Source of the DNA: Patescibacteria group bacterium
GTDB lineage: Bacteria > Patescibacteriota > Minisyncoccia > Phycocordibacterales > PALSA-1337
Assembly: GCA_040388415.1 (NCBI GenBank)
Contig: JAZKBV010000003.1
Location: forward strand, 1 to 45,570
Length of the DNA stretch: 45,570 bases
Direction of reading: 5' to 3'
A program made the position numbers and the translations under genes. Positions 1-7,818 of this stretch are shown here, piece by piece. The notes beneath the pieces were generated by a model. That model did not search any database. It had not been told where the DNA came from and was given only the letters and a program-made list of their open reading frames with translations. How positions within the stretch are numbered: position 1 is the stretch's first letter; each line of letters opens with the position of its first letter.

Positions 1-71
1 CCCTTAGCTCAGTTGGTTAGAGCACAGAGCTTATACCTCTGGGGTCCTTGGTTCGAATCCAAGAGGGCGGA
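1..71 (+). tRNA. tRNA-Ile(UAU), about 3 nt missing at the 5' end (window edge)
   Basis: Cloverleaf: GCTC/GAGC D-stem, CAGAG-CT TAT AC-CTCTG anticodon arm (anticodon 32-34), CTTGG-TTCGAAT-CCAAG T-arm, 3' acceptor strand AGGGCGG-A; no encoded CCA. Confidence 0.93.
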
Positions 72-80
72 CAAGTATTT

Positions 81-2444
81 TTACTCAAAATGAGTCTCGA
101 TCTTCTTTGATGCCACCTCTTTTTTGAGTTCAGGATATTTCGATAGGGTGATGTCTTCTATGATCAGTCGTCCTGCTTCTTCGCGCGCAGCCTCGACCAT
201 CTTGAGATTTTTGAGCGCCTCCATAGCAATGTCGGAGACGCCCCATTGGCGCATACCAGAGAGTTCGCCGGCGCCGCGAGCCATGAGGTCGAGCTCGGCC
301 AGCTCAAAACCATTTTTAGCATTCTGCAGAGCCTTGAGGCGGGTGATCGATTTTTCCGATGTCGTTTCAGTGAAGACGTAACAATACGCCTGATGACTGC
401 TGCGCATGACGCGGCCACGGAGCTGATGGAGCTGGGAGAGACCGAAGCGCTCAGCGCCTTCGATGAGGATGACAGTGGCATTGGGCACATTTACTCCGAC
501 TTCGACGACTGAGGTGGCGCAGAGGATAGTGATCTCACCGCGTTTGAACTGGCCCATGACGCGATCTTTTTCTTGCGGTGGCATTTTGCTATGCATCACG
601 CCGACTTCATATTCAGGAAATATCTTTGCTTGAAGGCGTTTTGCTTCTTCTTTGACCGACTTGGCATTGAGAGCTTGCTCCTTGTCTGGATCCGGTTCAT
701 CGATGCGCGGGCAGATGACATATGCTTGTCTGCCAGCTTGGAGCTCGGTGCACATCTTTTCATAGACTGCTTCACGACCGTTTGGTAATACAAGCTCAGT
801 AATGATCGGTTTGCGGCCAGCGGGGGATTGGTCGAGGAGGGTCAGGTCGAGGTCGCCGTACATAGTGAGAGCAAGGGTGCGCGGTATCGGCGTTGCTGTC
901 ATAGAGAGGAGATGTGGTGCAATTGTATCTTTGCGGATGAGCTTGGCGCGCTGTGCGGTACCGAAACGATGCTGTTCGTCGATGATAGCGAGACCGAGAT
1001 TCTTAAATTTTACCGACTTCTGAATGAGAGCATGGGTGCCGATGAGGACATGTATGTCGCCGCTCTCGACCCATTTGAGGAGCTGGGCGCGAGATATGTC
1101 AGTCCAGCCTTTTGGGTTTATTTTTGAAGGAAATTTGCGACAACCAGAGCCGGTGATGAGACCAATCTGTATCGGCATGTATGAAAAGTATTGAATGAAT
1201 GATTCGAAATGCTGCGTCGCCAAGATTTCTGTGGGACACATATATGCCACTTGGAGATTGCCTTGACCAGTCGTTGCAAAACCTTTGGCGAGAGGGTTTG
1301 TGTTTGAACCAGCGAGACGGGGAACTTTCGGTGGACGTGACGTGATGATGGCGTATGCAGCAGAAGCGGCCACTGCTGTTTTACCTGAACCTACATCGCC
1401 TTCGAGGAGTCGTGACATAGCGTATTCGCGGCGCATATCGCTCAAGATTGTTTCAACTGCTTTGGTTTGGGCTTCTGTAGCAGTGAAAGGGAATCGTTTA
1501 ATGAATTCGCGGACATGCATATCATCGGCTTCGATCACAAATGCAGGATGCTTTTCATATTCACGACGAGCTTGCTGTTTGCCAAGCTGGATGATGAAAA
1601 TCTCTTCGAATGAAAAACGTTTGCGAGCGGAGAGCGCGTCTTCGCGTTTGAGAGGGGTGTGCATCCAGATGAGGGCGGTCTTGAGGCTGGGCAAGTGATA
1701 TTTGACGAGGAGGTGTCCAGGCAAGACGTCGATCGTGTTGTCGAGGAGACCGCTCTTGAAAAGCTTTTGGATAGCGTGGTACATCCAGCTCGACGTGATG
1801 CCACGTGATTCGGGGTATACAGGGTAGAGGGTATGAGCTTCGCCATCGTCACCAAAGAGTGAACCACCGACGCCGATAGGAAGCTTGTCGACGATTTCGA
1901 TCTTTGGGTTGGAGAAGTACAGGCGAGCAGCGCTGCCAGAAACTGCTTTTTCATTCGCTGCGTAACTCGCTTGCGCTCCGCTCATTAGATTTTCACCAAG
2001 TTGAGCGGAGCTACGCTCAGACAATACTCGCTCAGAAAAAGCAGTTTCTGGCAGCGCTTTACTAACCTTTTCTCTTCTTTGTGATACTTTCCCCTCAATG
2101 CGGACCATCGCTCCCTCTGGCGTCATCTTGGCAAGATAAGGTTGATTGAACCAGACGCACTGGATCTTGCCGGTTTCGTCTTCGACGGTGGCAGTGGCCA
2201 TGGTCATCTTGGTTTTGAATCCTTTGCTTGCTTTGAGGTTAGTTATTCTGCCAAATATAACGGCAGTGTCGCCCTTGTTGAGCGTTTCGATATTTTTTGC
2301 CTCAGCAGTGTCGCCATAGCGCACGGGGAAATGATACAGAAGGTCGCGAAGAGTGGTGATGCCTATTTTCTTGAGGGCGTCTTTTTGGATGGGGGTCAGA
2401 CGGAAATATTCAGATACGGTGATTTCAGGAGTGATGACGGGCAT
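81..2444 (-). CDS. recG: ATP-dependent DNA helicase RecG (carries an in-frame palindromic insertion)
   Basis: GDVGSGKT Walker A, DEQH, MTATPIPRTL, QLRGRV and wedge-domain WFNQPY motifs. Confidence 0.97.
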   Translation of the reverse strand: MPVITPEITVSEYFRLTPIQKDALKKIGITTLRDLLYHFPVRYGDTAEAKNIETLNKGDTAVIFGRITNLKASKGFKTKMTMATATVEDETGKIQCVWFNQPYLAKMTPEGAMVRIEGKVSQRREKVSKALPETAFSERVLSERSSAQLGENLMSGAQASYAANEKAVSGSAARLYFSNPKIEIVDKLPIGVGGSLFGDDGEAHTLYPVYPESRGITSSWMYHAIQKLFKSGLLDNTIDVLPGHLLVKYHLPSLKTALIWMHTPLKREDALSARKRFSFEEIFIIQLGKQQARREYEKHPAFVIEADDMHVREFIKRFPFTATEAQTKAVETILSDMRREYAMSRLLEGDVGSGKTAVAASAAYAIITSRPPKVPRLAGSNTNPLAKGFATTGQGNLQVAYMCPTEILATQHFESFIQYFSYMPIQIGLITGSGCRKFPSKINPKGWTDISRAQLLKWVESGDIHVLIGTHALIQKSVKFKNLGLAIIDEQHRFGTAQRAKLIRKDTIAPHLLSMTATPIPRTLALTMYGDLDLTLLDQSPAGRKPIITELVLPNGREAVYEKMCTELQAGRQAYVICPRIDEPDPDKEQALNAKSVKEEAKRLQAKIFPEYEVGVMHSKMPPQEKDRVMGQFKRGEITILCATSVVEVGVNVPNATVILIEGAERFGLSQLHQLRGRVMRSSHQAYCYVFTETTSEKSITRLKALQNAKNGFELAELDLMARGAGELSGMRQWGVSDIAMEALKNLKMVEAAREEAGRLIIEDITLSKYPELKKEVASKKIETHFE
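1929..2058. repeat. 130-bp palindromic (MITE/RPE-like) element inside recG
   Basis: Perfect 24-bp inverted repeat AGCGCTGCCAGAAACTGCTTTTTC (1929-1952 / 2035-2058) with an inner 10-bp stem (1975-1984 / 2002-2011). Confidence 0.85.
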
Positions 2445-2551
2445 GGGCTAATTATAGGCTGATTTTGTATTTTTTGCCTGTTTGAACGATAAATGTCGAC
2501 ACATTTTATTTTATTAATTTGTGCCGGCGTAAACTGTTTTGTATAGTGGGA

Positions 2552-2857
2552 TTAAATATGGAAACCGACTATGAGGAGGATAATAGGCAAAACCAAGATT
2601 GCCATTCCGATTAAAAATGTGGCATGTCCTACCCATTTAGATTCTTTTAATTTTATGCTTTTGGAAGCGAAAAAAATACCCAGTAGAATTAATATAATTG
2701 GTAACATTAAGCCTAGTAGTGGGCTAATTAAAGCAATGGTCGAAGTTAATTCAGGGAATTCACCAGCAATCATTACTGGCACGATAAAAGCAAATATAAA
2801 AGCGCTAAGGTATGAGGCAAATGATAATAAAATATTTCTATATTTTTTCATAATCAA
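2552..2857 (-). CDS. small AT-rich membrane protein (about 3 TM helices)
   Basis: Three hydrophobic stretches; start overlaps the mutY stop. Confidence 0.65.
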   Translation of the reverse strand: MIMKKYRNILLSFASYLSAFIFAFIVPVMIAGEFPELTSTIALISPLLGLMLPIILILLGIFFASKSIKLKESKWVGHATFLIGMAILVLPIILLIVGFHI

Positions 2858-3720
2858 ATTATATCAAACAATTTGATAATAGTTTTTCTTTTCACAATAA
2901 ATCCCTCTTTAGTTAGTGCTTCCACATTCTTCTCTACCTGCTCCCTCGGCCATTTTTTGAATTGTTTGACTAGAGTTTCACTGGTCATGTTTTGTTTCAT
3001 GATCAGTTTTAATATCTTTGAACGTAATTCGCGGTTTGACCCTTCAAACTTGGACTGCTTTACATGATGCGCGCTCTGGCGAGAAGGGTTGGGTAAACTC
3101 TTCTTCAAAAATGAACCATAGTCCATGAGCGCCCAGTACCATTCGCGAGGATTTTGAGCAACGCTCATATTTTTTAATGTCTGTTCAATGAGAGGTAGGA
3201 TCTCTGTGTCGCTGATTTTCTTGCATGCTTTTTTACCTTCGGCCTTTTCTATCTCAGCGAAGAAATGGTGGATGTAGACTGAGCGGATATTGGTTTCGAT
3301 GAACGGGTAGGGAATATTGAAAGCAAAAGCGAGGATCGAGCCTGCGGTATTTGGTCCGATGCCAGGGAGTAGGGTGAGCTCCTCAACAGTTTTTGGAAGT
3401 ACCCCTTTTGTTTTTCCGCTGTCGGTAATTTGTTCTGCAATTCTTTTCAAAAATAACGCGCGACGATTGTAACCAAGCCCTGACCATTCTTGGAGAACAT
3501 CTTTTGTCGAAGCTGTGGCAAGCGTTTGCCAGTTTGGAAAACGCTTTATCCATGAATTAAATTTACTGGTGACGCGATGTACTTGCGTCTGTTGGAGCAT
3601 GAGCTCAGAAACCACTACATAATAGGGGTTAGTATCAGTACGCCACGGCATGTCGCGCTTGTTTTCTTTGTAGAACTTTTTTACTGTTCTGATGAACTGA
3701 TTGATGCGGGAGATTTCCAT
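2854..3720 (-). CDS. mutY: A/G-specific adenine glycosylase (MutY-like, HhH-GPD), no Fe-S motif
   Basis: MPWR, VVSELMLQQTQV, WSGLGYNRRA, LPGIGPNTAG, ETNIR and ALMDYG motifs. Confidence 0.9.
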   Translation of the reverse strand: MEISRINQFIRTVKKFYKENKRDMPWRTDTNPYYVVVSELMLQQTQVHRVTSKFNSWIKRFPNWQTLATASTKDVLQEWSGLGYNRRALFLKRIAEQITDSGKTKGVLPKTVEELTLLPGIGPNTAGSILAFAFNIPYPFIETNIRSVYIHHFFAEIEKAEGKKACKKISDTEILPLIEQTLKNMSVAQNPREWYWALMDYGSFLKKSLPNPSRQSAHHVKQSKFEGSNRELRSKILKLIMKQNMTSETLVKQFKKWPREQVEKNVEALTKEGFIVKRKTIIKLFDII

Positions 3721-4100
3721 GAGAGTATATCGTTCCCATAGAGTGCCACAGAGAGGAGTCCAGTTGCAATACCGACGTCACGGATGCCGATAGGACTGAG
3801 TCCGAGAGTTGAGATGATGCCGAGCATGTGCAAGAAGAGAAGGGTGGCAAGTGGACGGATGCAGAAGCCGAATGCCACGAGTGTGCCGGCGATGACTTCA
3901 AAAATACCATTTACTATGACGAACGATTTTGCTGTCATTCCGGTGATGGTGACGATCCAATCGGGGATGAATGATGTCCACATGCTTTGATCGAGGAGCT
4001 GTGACGTGCCGAACCAGATGACGACACCTGCCACGCCGAGACGGAGGATGACGGGAGCGAATAGAGGGAGCTTAGGAAGGTATGATTTCATAGTGTTCAT
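3681..4100 (-). CDS. DoxX-family membrane protein
   Basis: ILRLGVAGVVIWFG...GIFEVIAG...IRDVGI pattern; start re-called at MNTMKS because the ORF-track extension overlaps the next gene. Confidence 0.8.
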   Translation of the reverse strand: MNTMKSYLPKLPLFAPVILRLGVAGVVIWFGTSQLLDQSMWTSFIPDWIVTITGMTAKSFVIVNGIFEVIAGTLVAFGFCIRPLATLLFLHMLGIISTLGLSPIGIRDVGIATGLLSVALYGNDILSWKSPASISSSEQ

Positions 4101-4117
4101 ATAAGTAAAAGTAATAA

Positions 4118-4564
4118 CTACTGTGTGAGGATGCCGATCTTGAAGCTGGCAAGTTCGCTTGCAGGGCGTGCTTGTCCACCGTGCTGGCCATTGAAAGCGT
4201 CCGAGCCGTCTATACCACAGAGACCGAGGATGGCCTGCTGTCCTCCTGGATGCTGACTGATCCAAGCAGTGACATCATAGACTCCGCCGTTGATCGTGGT
4301 CCAACAGCTCGAAGCGTCTTTGTGAGTAGCGACTTCGGCGAGGGTATAGGTTTTTACTTTTGTTGAAGGATTTGTTGTAGGTGTAGCTGATGTAGTTGTT
4401 GTTGGAGTTGTTCCTGTTGAAGCATTTGGATTGGTTGTTTCGTGCGATGCAGATGTTGGATATGGGCGAGACTTGCTCTCAGTGAAACGCGAGTAAGCAG
4501 TACCAGCTGCGATGAGTAATATGAGCGCGCCAAGTATCAGGCCGATTTTTTTATGTGTAGTCAT
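4118..4564 (-). CDS. membrane-anchored cytochrome b5-like heme-binding protein
   Basis: N-terminal TM, Thr/Pro linker, YTLAEVATH..SCW..VYDVTAWISQHPGG..CGIDGSDAFNGQH; TATAAT lies 6 nt before the ATG. Confidence 0.9.
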   Translation of the reverse strand: MTTHKKIGLILGALILLIAAGTAYSRFTESKSRPYPTSASHETTNPNASTGTTPTTTTSATPTTNPSTKVKTYTLAEVATHKDASSCWTTINGGVYDVTAWISQHPGGQQAILGLCGIDGSDAFNGQHGGQARPASELASFKIGILTQ

Positions 4565-4612
4565 ATGGGTATTATACGATACTAAAACATTTTTTGGTTC
4601 AAAATAATTCAA

Positions 4613-5113
4613 TTACATTTCAACCTGAGTATACTTTCTTACTTCTTCAATCAACTGTTCGAGTGGAACAGCGATGTTTTGTTGAGCGATTGCAAACGGT
4701 GCCCCAAACATGCGCACATTAGCTTTAAAAGTAAACCGAAAAAATAGATTTTGCTCCGCTAAAAAAGCACTCATATCTTTTGGATAGAAAAACATCATTT
4801 TAGTTAAAAGACCGTTGTATTTAACTTTTTCTAAATCAGACCATCTAACAAATCTTGGACAAATTAATGCAGAGTTATCCTTGATACCTTCAGAGGTAAT
4901 GATTACACCAGATTTATGGGTTACTAATGAAACAATAAATAAGATTAAAGAAATCAGACCAAATAGAAAAGCCGCAATTCCAATAACTTTATATCCAAAT
5001 GAATTATTGAGAGTTTGAACAAAAATCACTCCAATAATAATGAAAAATATTGATCCAAAAAAACCAACTAGGCGACTCTTAACTGAAGACTTTATAAAAA
5101 CTTTATTATTCAT
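4613..5113 (-). CDS. AT-rich 2-TM membrane protein with a PH-like soluble domain
   Basis: Two TM helices then IITSEGIKDN...VRWSDLEKV; TATAAT-N6-ATG start. Confidence 0.7.
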   Translation of the reverse strand: MNNKVFIKSSVKSRLVGFFGSIFFIIIGVIFVQTLNNSFGYKVIGIAAFLFGLISLILFIVSLVTHKSGVIITSEGIKDNSALICPRFVRWSDLEKVKYNGLLTKMMFFYPKDMSAFLAEQNLFFRFTFKANVRMFGAPFAIAQQNIAVPLEQLIEEVRKYTQVEM

Positions 5114-5145
5114 TGTGACATTATAGCTCACTTGCTACGGATAGG

Positions 5146-5290
5146 GGGATTCGAGTCTTACAGACTCAGTACAGTCTTCGTATTTCTTCAAAGCATAGCT
5201 TCTCAGAAATATACTCAGACTTTTCTCATCCCACTCACAAAGCCCGCAGGGGCTTTGCTTCTCTCCTTACTCATTCACTTCGTTCATTCG
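5146..5290 (-). repeat. structured tRNA 3'-trailer element (Ser-ACU copy)
   Basis: Antisense copy of the tRNA 3' end (GGAGAGA...GAGTGGGAT) split by hairpin CAAAGCCC/GGGCTTTG; terminal hairpin GAGTCT-GTA-AGACTC followed by GAATCCC. Confidence 0.65.
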
Positions 5291-5291
5291 T

Positions 5292-5381
5292 TGGCGGAGA
5301 GAGTGGGATTCGAACCCACGGTTCCCGTAAGGGAACGGCGGTTTAGTAAACCGCTGCCTTAAACCACTCAGCCATCTCTCC
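5292..5381 (-). tRNA. tRNA-Ser with ACU anticodon
   Basis: GGAGAGA acceptor strand, GCGGT-TT ACT AA-ACCGC anticodon arm, long variable arm GTTCCC/GGGAAC, G73, encoded CCA. Confidence 0.93.
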
Positions 5382-5481
5382 AATCCTTGCATGGATTAAA
5401 ATAGGTTAGCACGAATGTAGTCTTTTGCAAAAAGATTTTTCTTTTGATTAATGAGCTTTTTTATGACAGAATAGCTCGACT

Positions 5482-5568
5482 GGAACCGTGGTGGAGTGGT
5501 CTAACATACCTCTTTGCTAAAGAGGCAGGCCTTAACGGGCCTCGAGGGTTCGAATCCCTCCGGTTCCG
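5482..5568 (+). tRNA. tRNA-Ser(GCU)
   Basis: GGAACCG/CGGTTCC acceptor stem, CCTCT-TT GCT AA-AGAGG, long variable arm, GAGGG-TTCGAAT-CCCTC, G73. Confidence 0.95.
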
Positions 5569-5598
5569 CAATGAACGAACGTAGTGAGTGAGTAAGTT

Positions 5599-5976
5599 CT
5601 ACTTCGCCTTTTCATCTACTTCAAAGATGCCAAATACATTGTTGTCTGTATCTAGAAAATAACCCTGCCAACACTTATTTGGTATAGCAAATTTCGACAT
5701 CGCGACTATTCCACCATTATCGAGTATCTTTTTTGCTGTCTCATCAAAGTGAGAAACCTCTATCGAACAGGTGAATGCATTCGTGCCAGATCTTTGAGGA
5801 GGAACAGGTACGGGACGTTTGAGGATAGCTCCGCCGATGCCCTCGGTCTCGATGCGGTAGTACTCGATAGGTATCTGCTCATCTTTGGTAATCTTCCAGC
5901 CAAAAACAGTATGGTAAAACACGACTAGCTTGTGCGGGTCAGTAGCCTGAATTTCAAAGTATGCGATAGTATTCAT
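5599..5976 (-). CDS. VOC/glyoxalase family protein
   Basis: YFEIQATD..FYHTVFGW, GGIVAM..K, YFLDTDNNVFGIFE. Confidence 0.88.
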   Translation of the reverse strand: MNTIAYFEIQATDPHKLVVFYHTVFGWKITKDEQIPIEYYRIETEGIGGAILKRPVPVPPQRSGTNAFTCSIEVSHFDETAKKILDNGGIVAMSKFAIPNKCWQGYFLDTDNNVFGIFEVDEKAK

Positions 5977-5982
5977 TTTTAT

Positions 5983-6450
5983 TTATTTCCCCTCAAACTC
6001 CTCCTGCAATTTCTTGAGGTCGAACTTCTTCATCTTGAGAAAAGCCTGAGTGACACGACCGACCTGCTCCTTGGTACCCGTCGACATCATTTCACTCATG
6101 GTATCGGGCACGACCTGCCATGACAAACCATATTTGTCCTTACACCAGCCGCACATGCTTTCTTGTCCACCATTTGTCGTGAGCTTATCCCAATAGTAGT
6201 CAATCTCAGCTTGATCCTTACAACTGATCATGAAAGATACTGCTTCATTGAACTTGAACAGGGGACCAGCAGTCATCAGGCTGAATTCTTGTCCGAATAT
6301 CTCGAGCGTCGCTGTCTCAACGTTACCTGATGGCGTGTCAGAAAGTTCTCCGGAGCTAGTTACCTTGGCGCCAGGGAAGATCGATATGTAGTAGTCGGTG
6401 ATCTCTTTGAGATTTTTATCGAACCAGAGAAAGGGGGTGATTTTTTTCAT
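5983..6450 (-). CDS. VOC family protein (PhnB / 3-demethylubiquinone methyltransferase-like)
   Basis: KITPFLWF, FKFNEAVSF, CGWCKDKYGLSWQVVP, AFLKMKKFD. Confidence 0.9.
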   Translation of the reverse strand: MKKITPFLWFDKNLKEITDYYISIFPGAKVTSSGELSDTPSGNVETATLEIFGQEFSLMTAGPLFKFNEAVSFMISCKDQAEIDYYWDKLTTNGGQESMCGWCKDKYGLSWQVVPDTMSEMMSTGTKEQVGRVTQAFLKMKKFDLKKLQEEFEGK

Positions 6451-6467
6451 AGAGTTTTAGCTGTAGT

Positions 6468-6890
6468 TTAGCGCCAAGCTCCGATGATTGCTCCCATAGC
6501 AGCCATGACGATGAGGGAACAGACAACTTCAAATAACCAGAGTTTAGCACTGCGACCCATCCAGATAACTTCGATCGATGATGAGGTGACCAAGAAGCCG
6601 AGCCAGACCCAGAGAGCGACGATGATGCCGGCGGATGCACCAGTTGTGTTGATAAAAGGGGACGATGAAGCGAATAGATAGATAACAGCCAATACGTATG
6701 CAGTGACGAAGTTCGAAAGAAGATTCCATAACATCTGAGGGACCATGTCTGAAAATTTCTCATTTCCCGTTGGGTGGATGTTGGCGAGCTTCATCCAGAG
6801 CTTTCCTGATATTGGTCCATGGAATAAGAAGCCGAGAACAAATGCGACGACTGCTGCTACGAGCACTGCGAGCACGTTGATTGGAAGCAT
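6468..6890 (-). CDS. DUF1761-like membrane protein
   Basis: INVLAVLVAAVVAFVLGFL..GP..GKLW; 4 TM helices. Confidence 0.8.
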   Translation of the reverse strand: MLPINVLAVLVAAVVAFVLGFLFHGPISGKLWMKLANIHPTGNEKFSDMVPQMLWNLLSNFVTAYVLAVIYLFASSSPFINTTGASAGIIVALWVWLGFLVTSSSIEVIWMGRSAKLWLFEVVCSLIVMAAMGAIIGAWR

Positions 6891-7005
6891 ATATTTTTTA
6901 TATATTTAACAATATTAAATACCCTATGCATCAATTATAACCAATAATCTGAGTATAGGATATGTGTTATAATAGGGTCATATTAGCTAACCTCAATATA
7001 TTACT

Positions 7006-7329
7006 ATGATGTACTCAACATTTGGTTACGGTCACATGTATGGCTCACCATGGGGCTATGGCTTCGGTCCAGGTATGATCTTGCTCGGTATCCTTGCAGC
7101 GGTCTTTTTTGCTTTGGTCATCGCCCTCAAAGGGTATGCGCTCTGGCATGCAGCAAAGCGTGATGAGAAGTGGTGGTTCATCGCTCTCCTCATCTTGAAC
7201 ACCGCCGGCATACTCGAAGCCGTCTATATCATCTTCTTCGTCAAAGAGTGGCATAAGAAGCGAAACAACCACGCGTCATATTCTCATACTGAGCATCATG
7301 GGGATCATCCACATACACCAGCGCAGTAA
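7006..7329 (+). CDS. DUF5652-like membrane protein
   Basis: LKGYALWHAAKRDEKWWFIALLILNTAGILE; His-rich tail. Confidence 0.8.
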   Translation: MMYSTFGYGHMYGSPWGYGFGPGMILLGILAAVFFALVIALKGYALWHAAKRDEKWWFIALLILNTAGILEAVYIIFFVKEWHKKRNNHASYSHTEHHGDHPHTPAQ

Positions 7330-7381
7330 GAATTTCAGTCCGCGCTTAATGGACGTTGCGCGGACATGATTTCGCTAAATC

Positions 7382-7411
7382 AAAAAACTACCTTATATAA
7401 GGTAGTTTTTT
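7382..7411. terminator. bidirectional intrinsic terminator
   Basis: Perfect palindrome AAAAAACTACCTTATATAAGGTAGTTTTTT between convergent genes. Confidence 0.85.
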
Positions 7412-7414
7412 TGT

Positions 7415-7750
7415 TTACGCGTATTTCGTCCCATATACCCTCATAGCATCGATGACTGTGCTCAGATGCGTACCTTGCTTGGTGATGGAATAGTAGTGCG
7501 ATTCCTCATCTTTGGTGATGACTTTCTCTTTCACGAGCTTCTTGAGCTTGAGAGTGAGTGTGCGCGTGCTGACACCTTCGAGGGATCGTTCGAGCTCGCA
7601 AAAACGCATCGGTCCATTGAGGAGATCGCGGATGATGAGCATGGTCCAACTATCAGACAAAAGCTCTGCAACTTCGGCGACAGGGCAGGTCTTAGTTGAG
7701 TGTATTGGTGCCATCTCGGCTTTATGAGTAGGTGAGTGTGCCATAGACAT
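7415..7750 (-). CDS. HxlR (MarR/DUF24) family transcriptional regulator
   Basis: CPVAEVAELLSDSWTMLIIRDL..GPMRFCELERSLEGVSTRTL; conserved N-terminal Cys. Confidence 0.9.
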   Translation of the reverse strand: MSMAHSPTHKAEMAPIHSTKTCPVAEVAELLSDSWTMLIIRDLLNGPMRFCELERSLEGVSTRTLTLKLKKLVKEKVITKDEESHYYSITKQGTHLSTVIDAMRVYGTKYA

Positions 7751-7766
7751 AGGCTAGCATGCGTGG

Positions 7767-7812
7767 TTTACTATGTAAAGTACTTTACAAAGTAAAGTAA
7801 TGTGCGTATGAT
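7767..7812. promoter_or_regulatory. 30-bp palindromic operator overlapping the nitroreductase promoter
   Basis: TTTACTATGTAAAGTACTTTACAAAGTAAA (7767-7796, one mismatched pair); TTTACA-N17-TATGAT (7784-7812). Confidence 0.75.
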
Positions 7813-7818
7813 GTCCGT

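Noticed and set aside
1929-2058. RecG insertion as an intein or self-splicing intron
   Set aside because: No Cys/Ser start or His-Asn end, too short, and no ribozyme core; the frame is open
5132-5362. ORFs across tRNAs and trailers (also 27525-27833, 27845-28281 and the 35586 extension)
   Set aside because: Better explained by tRNA genes and structured repeats
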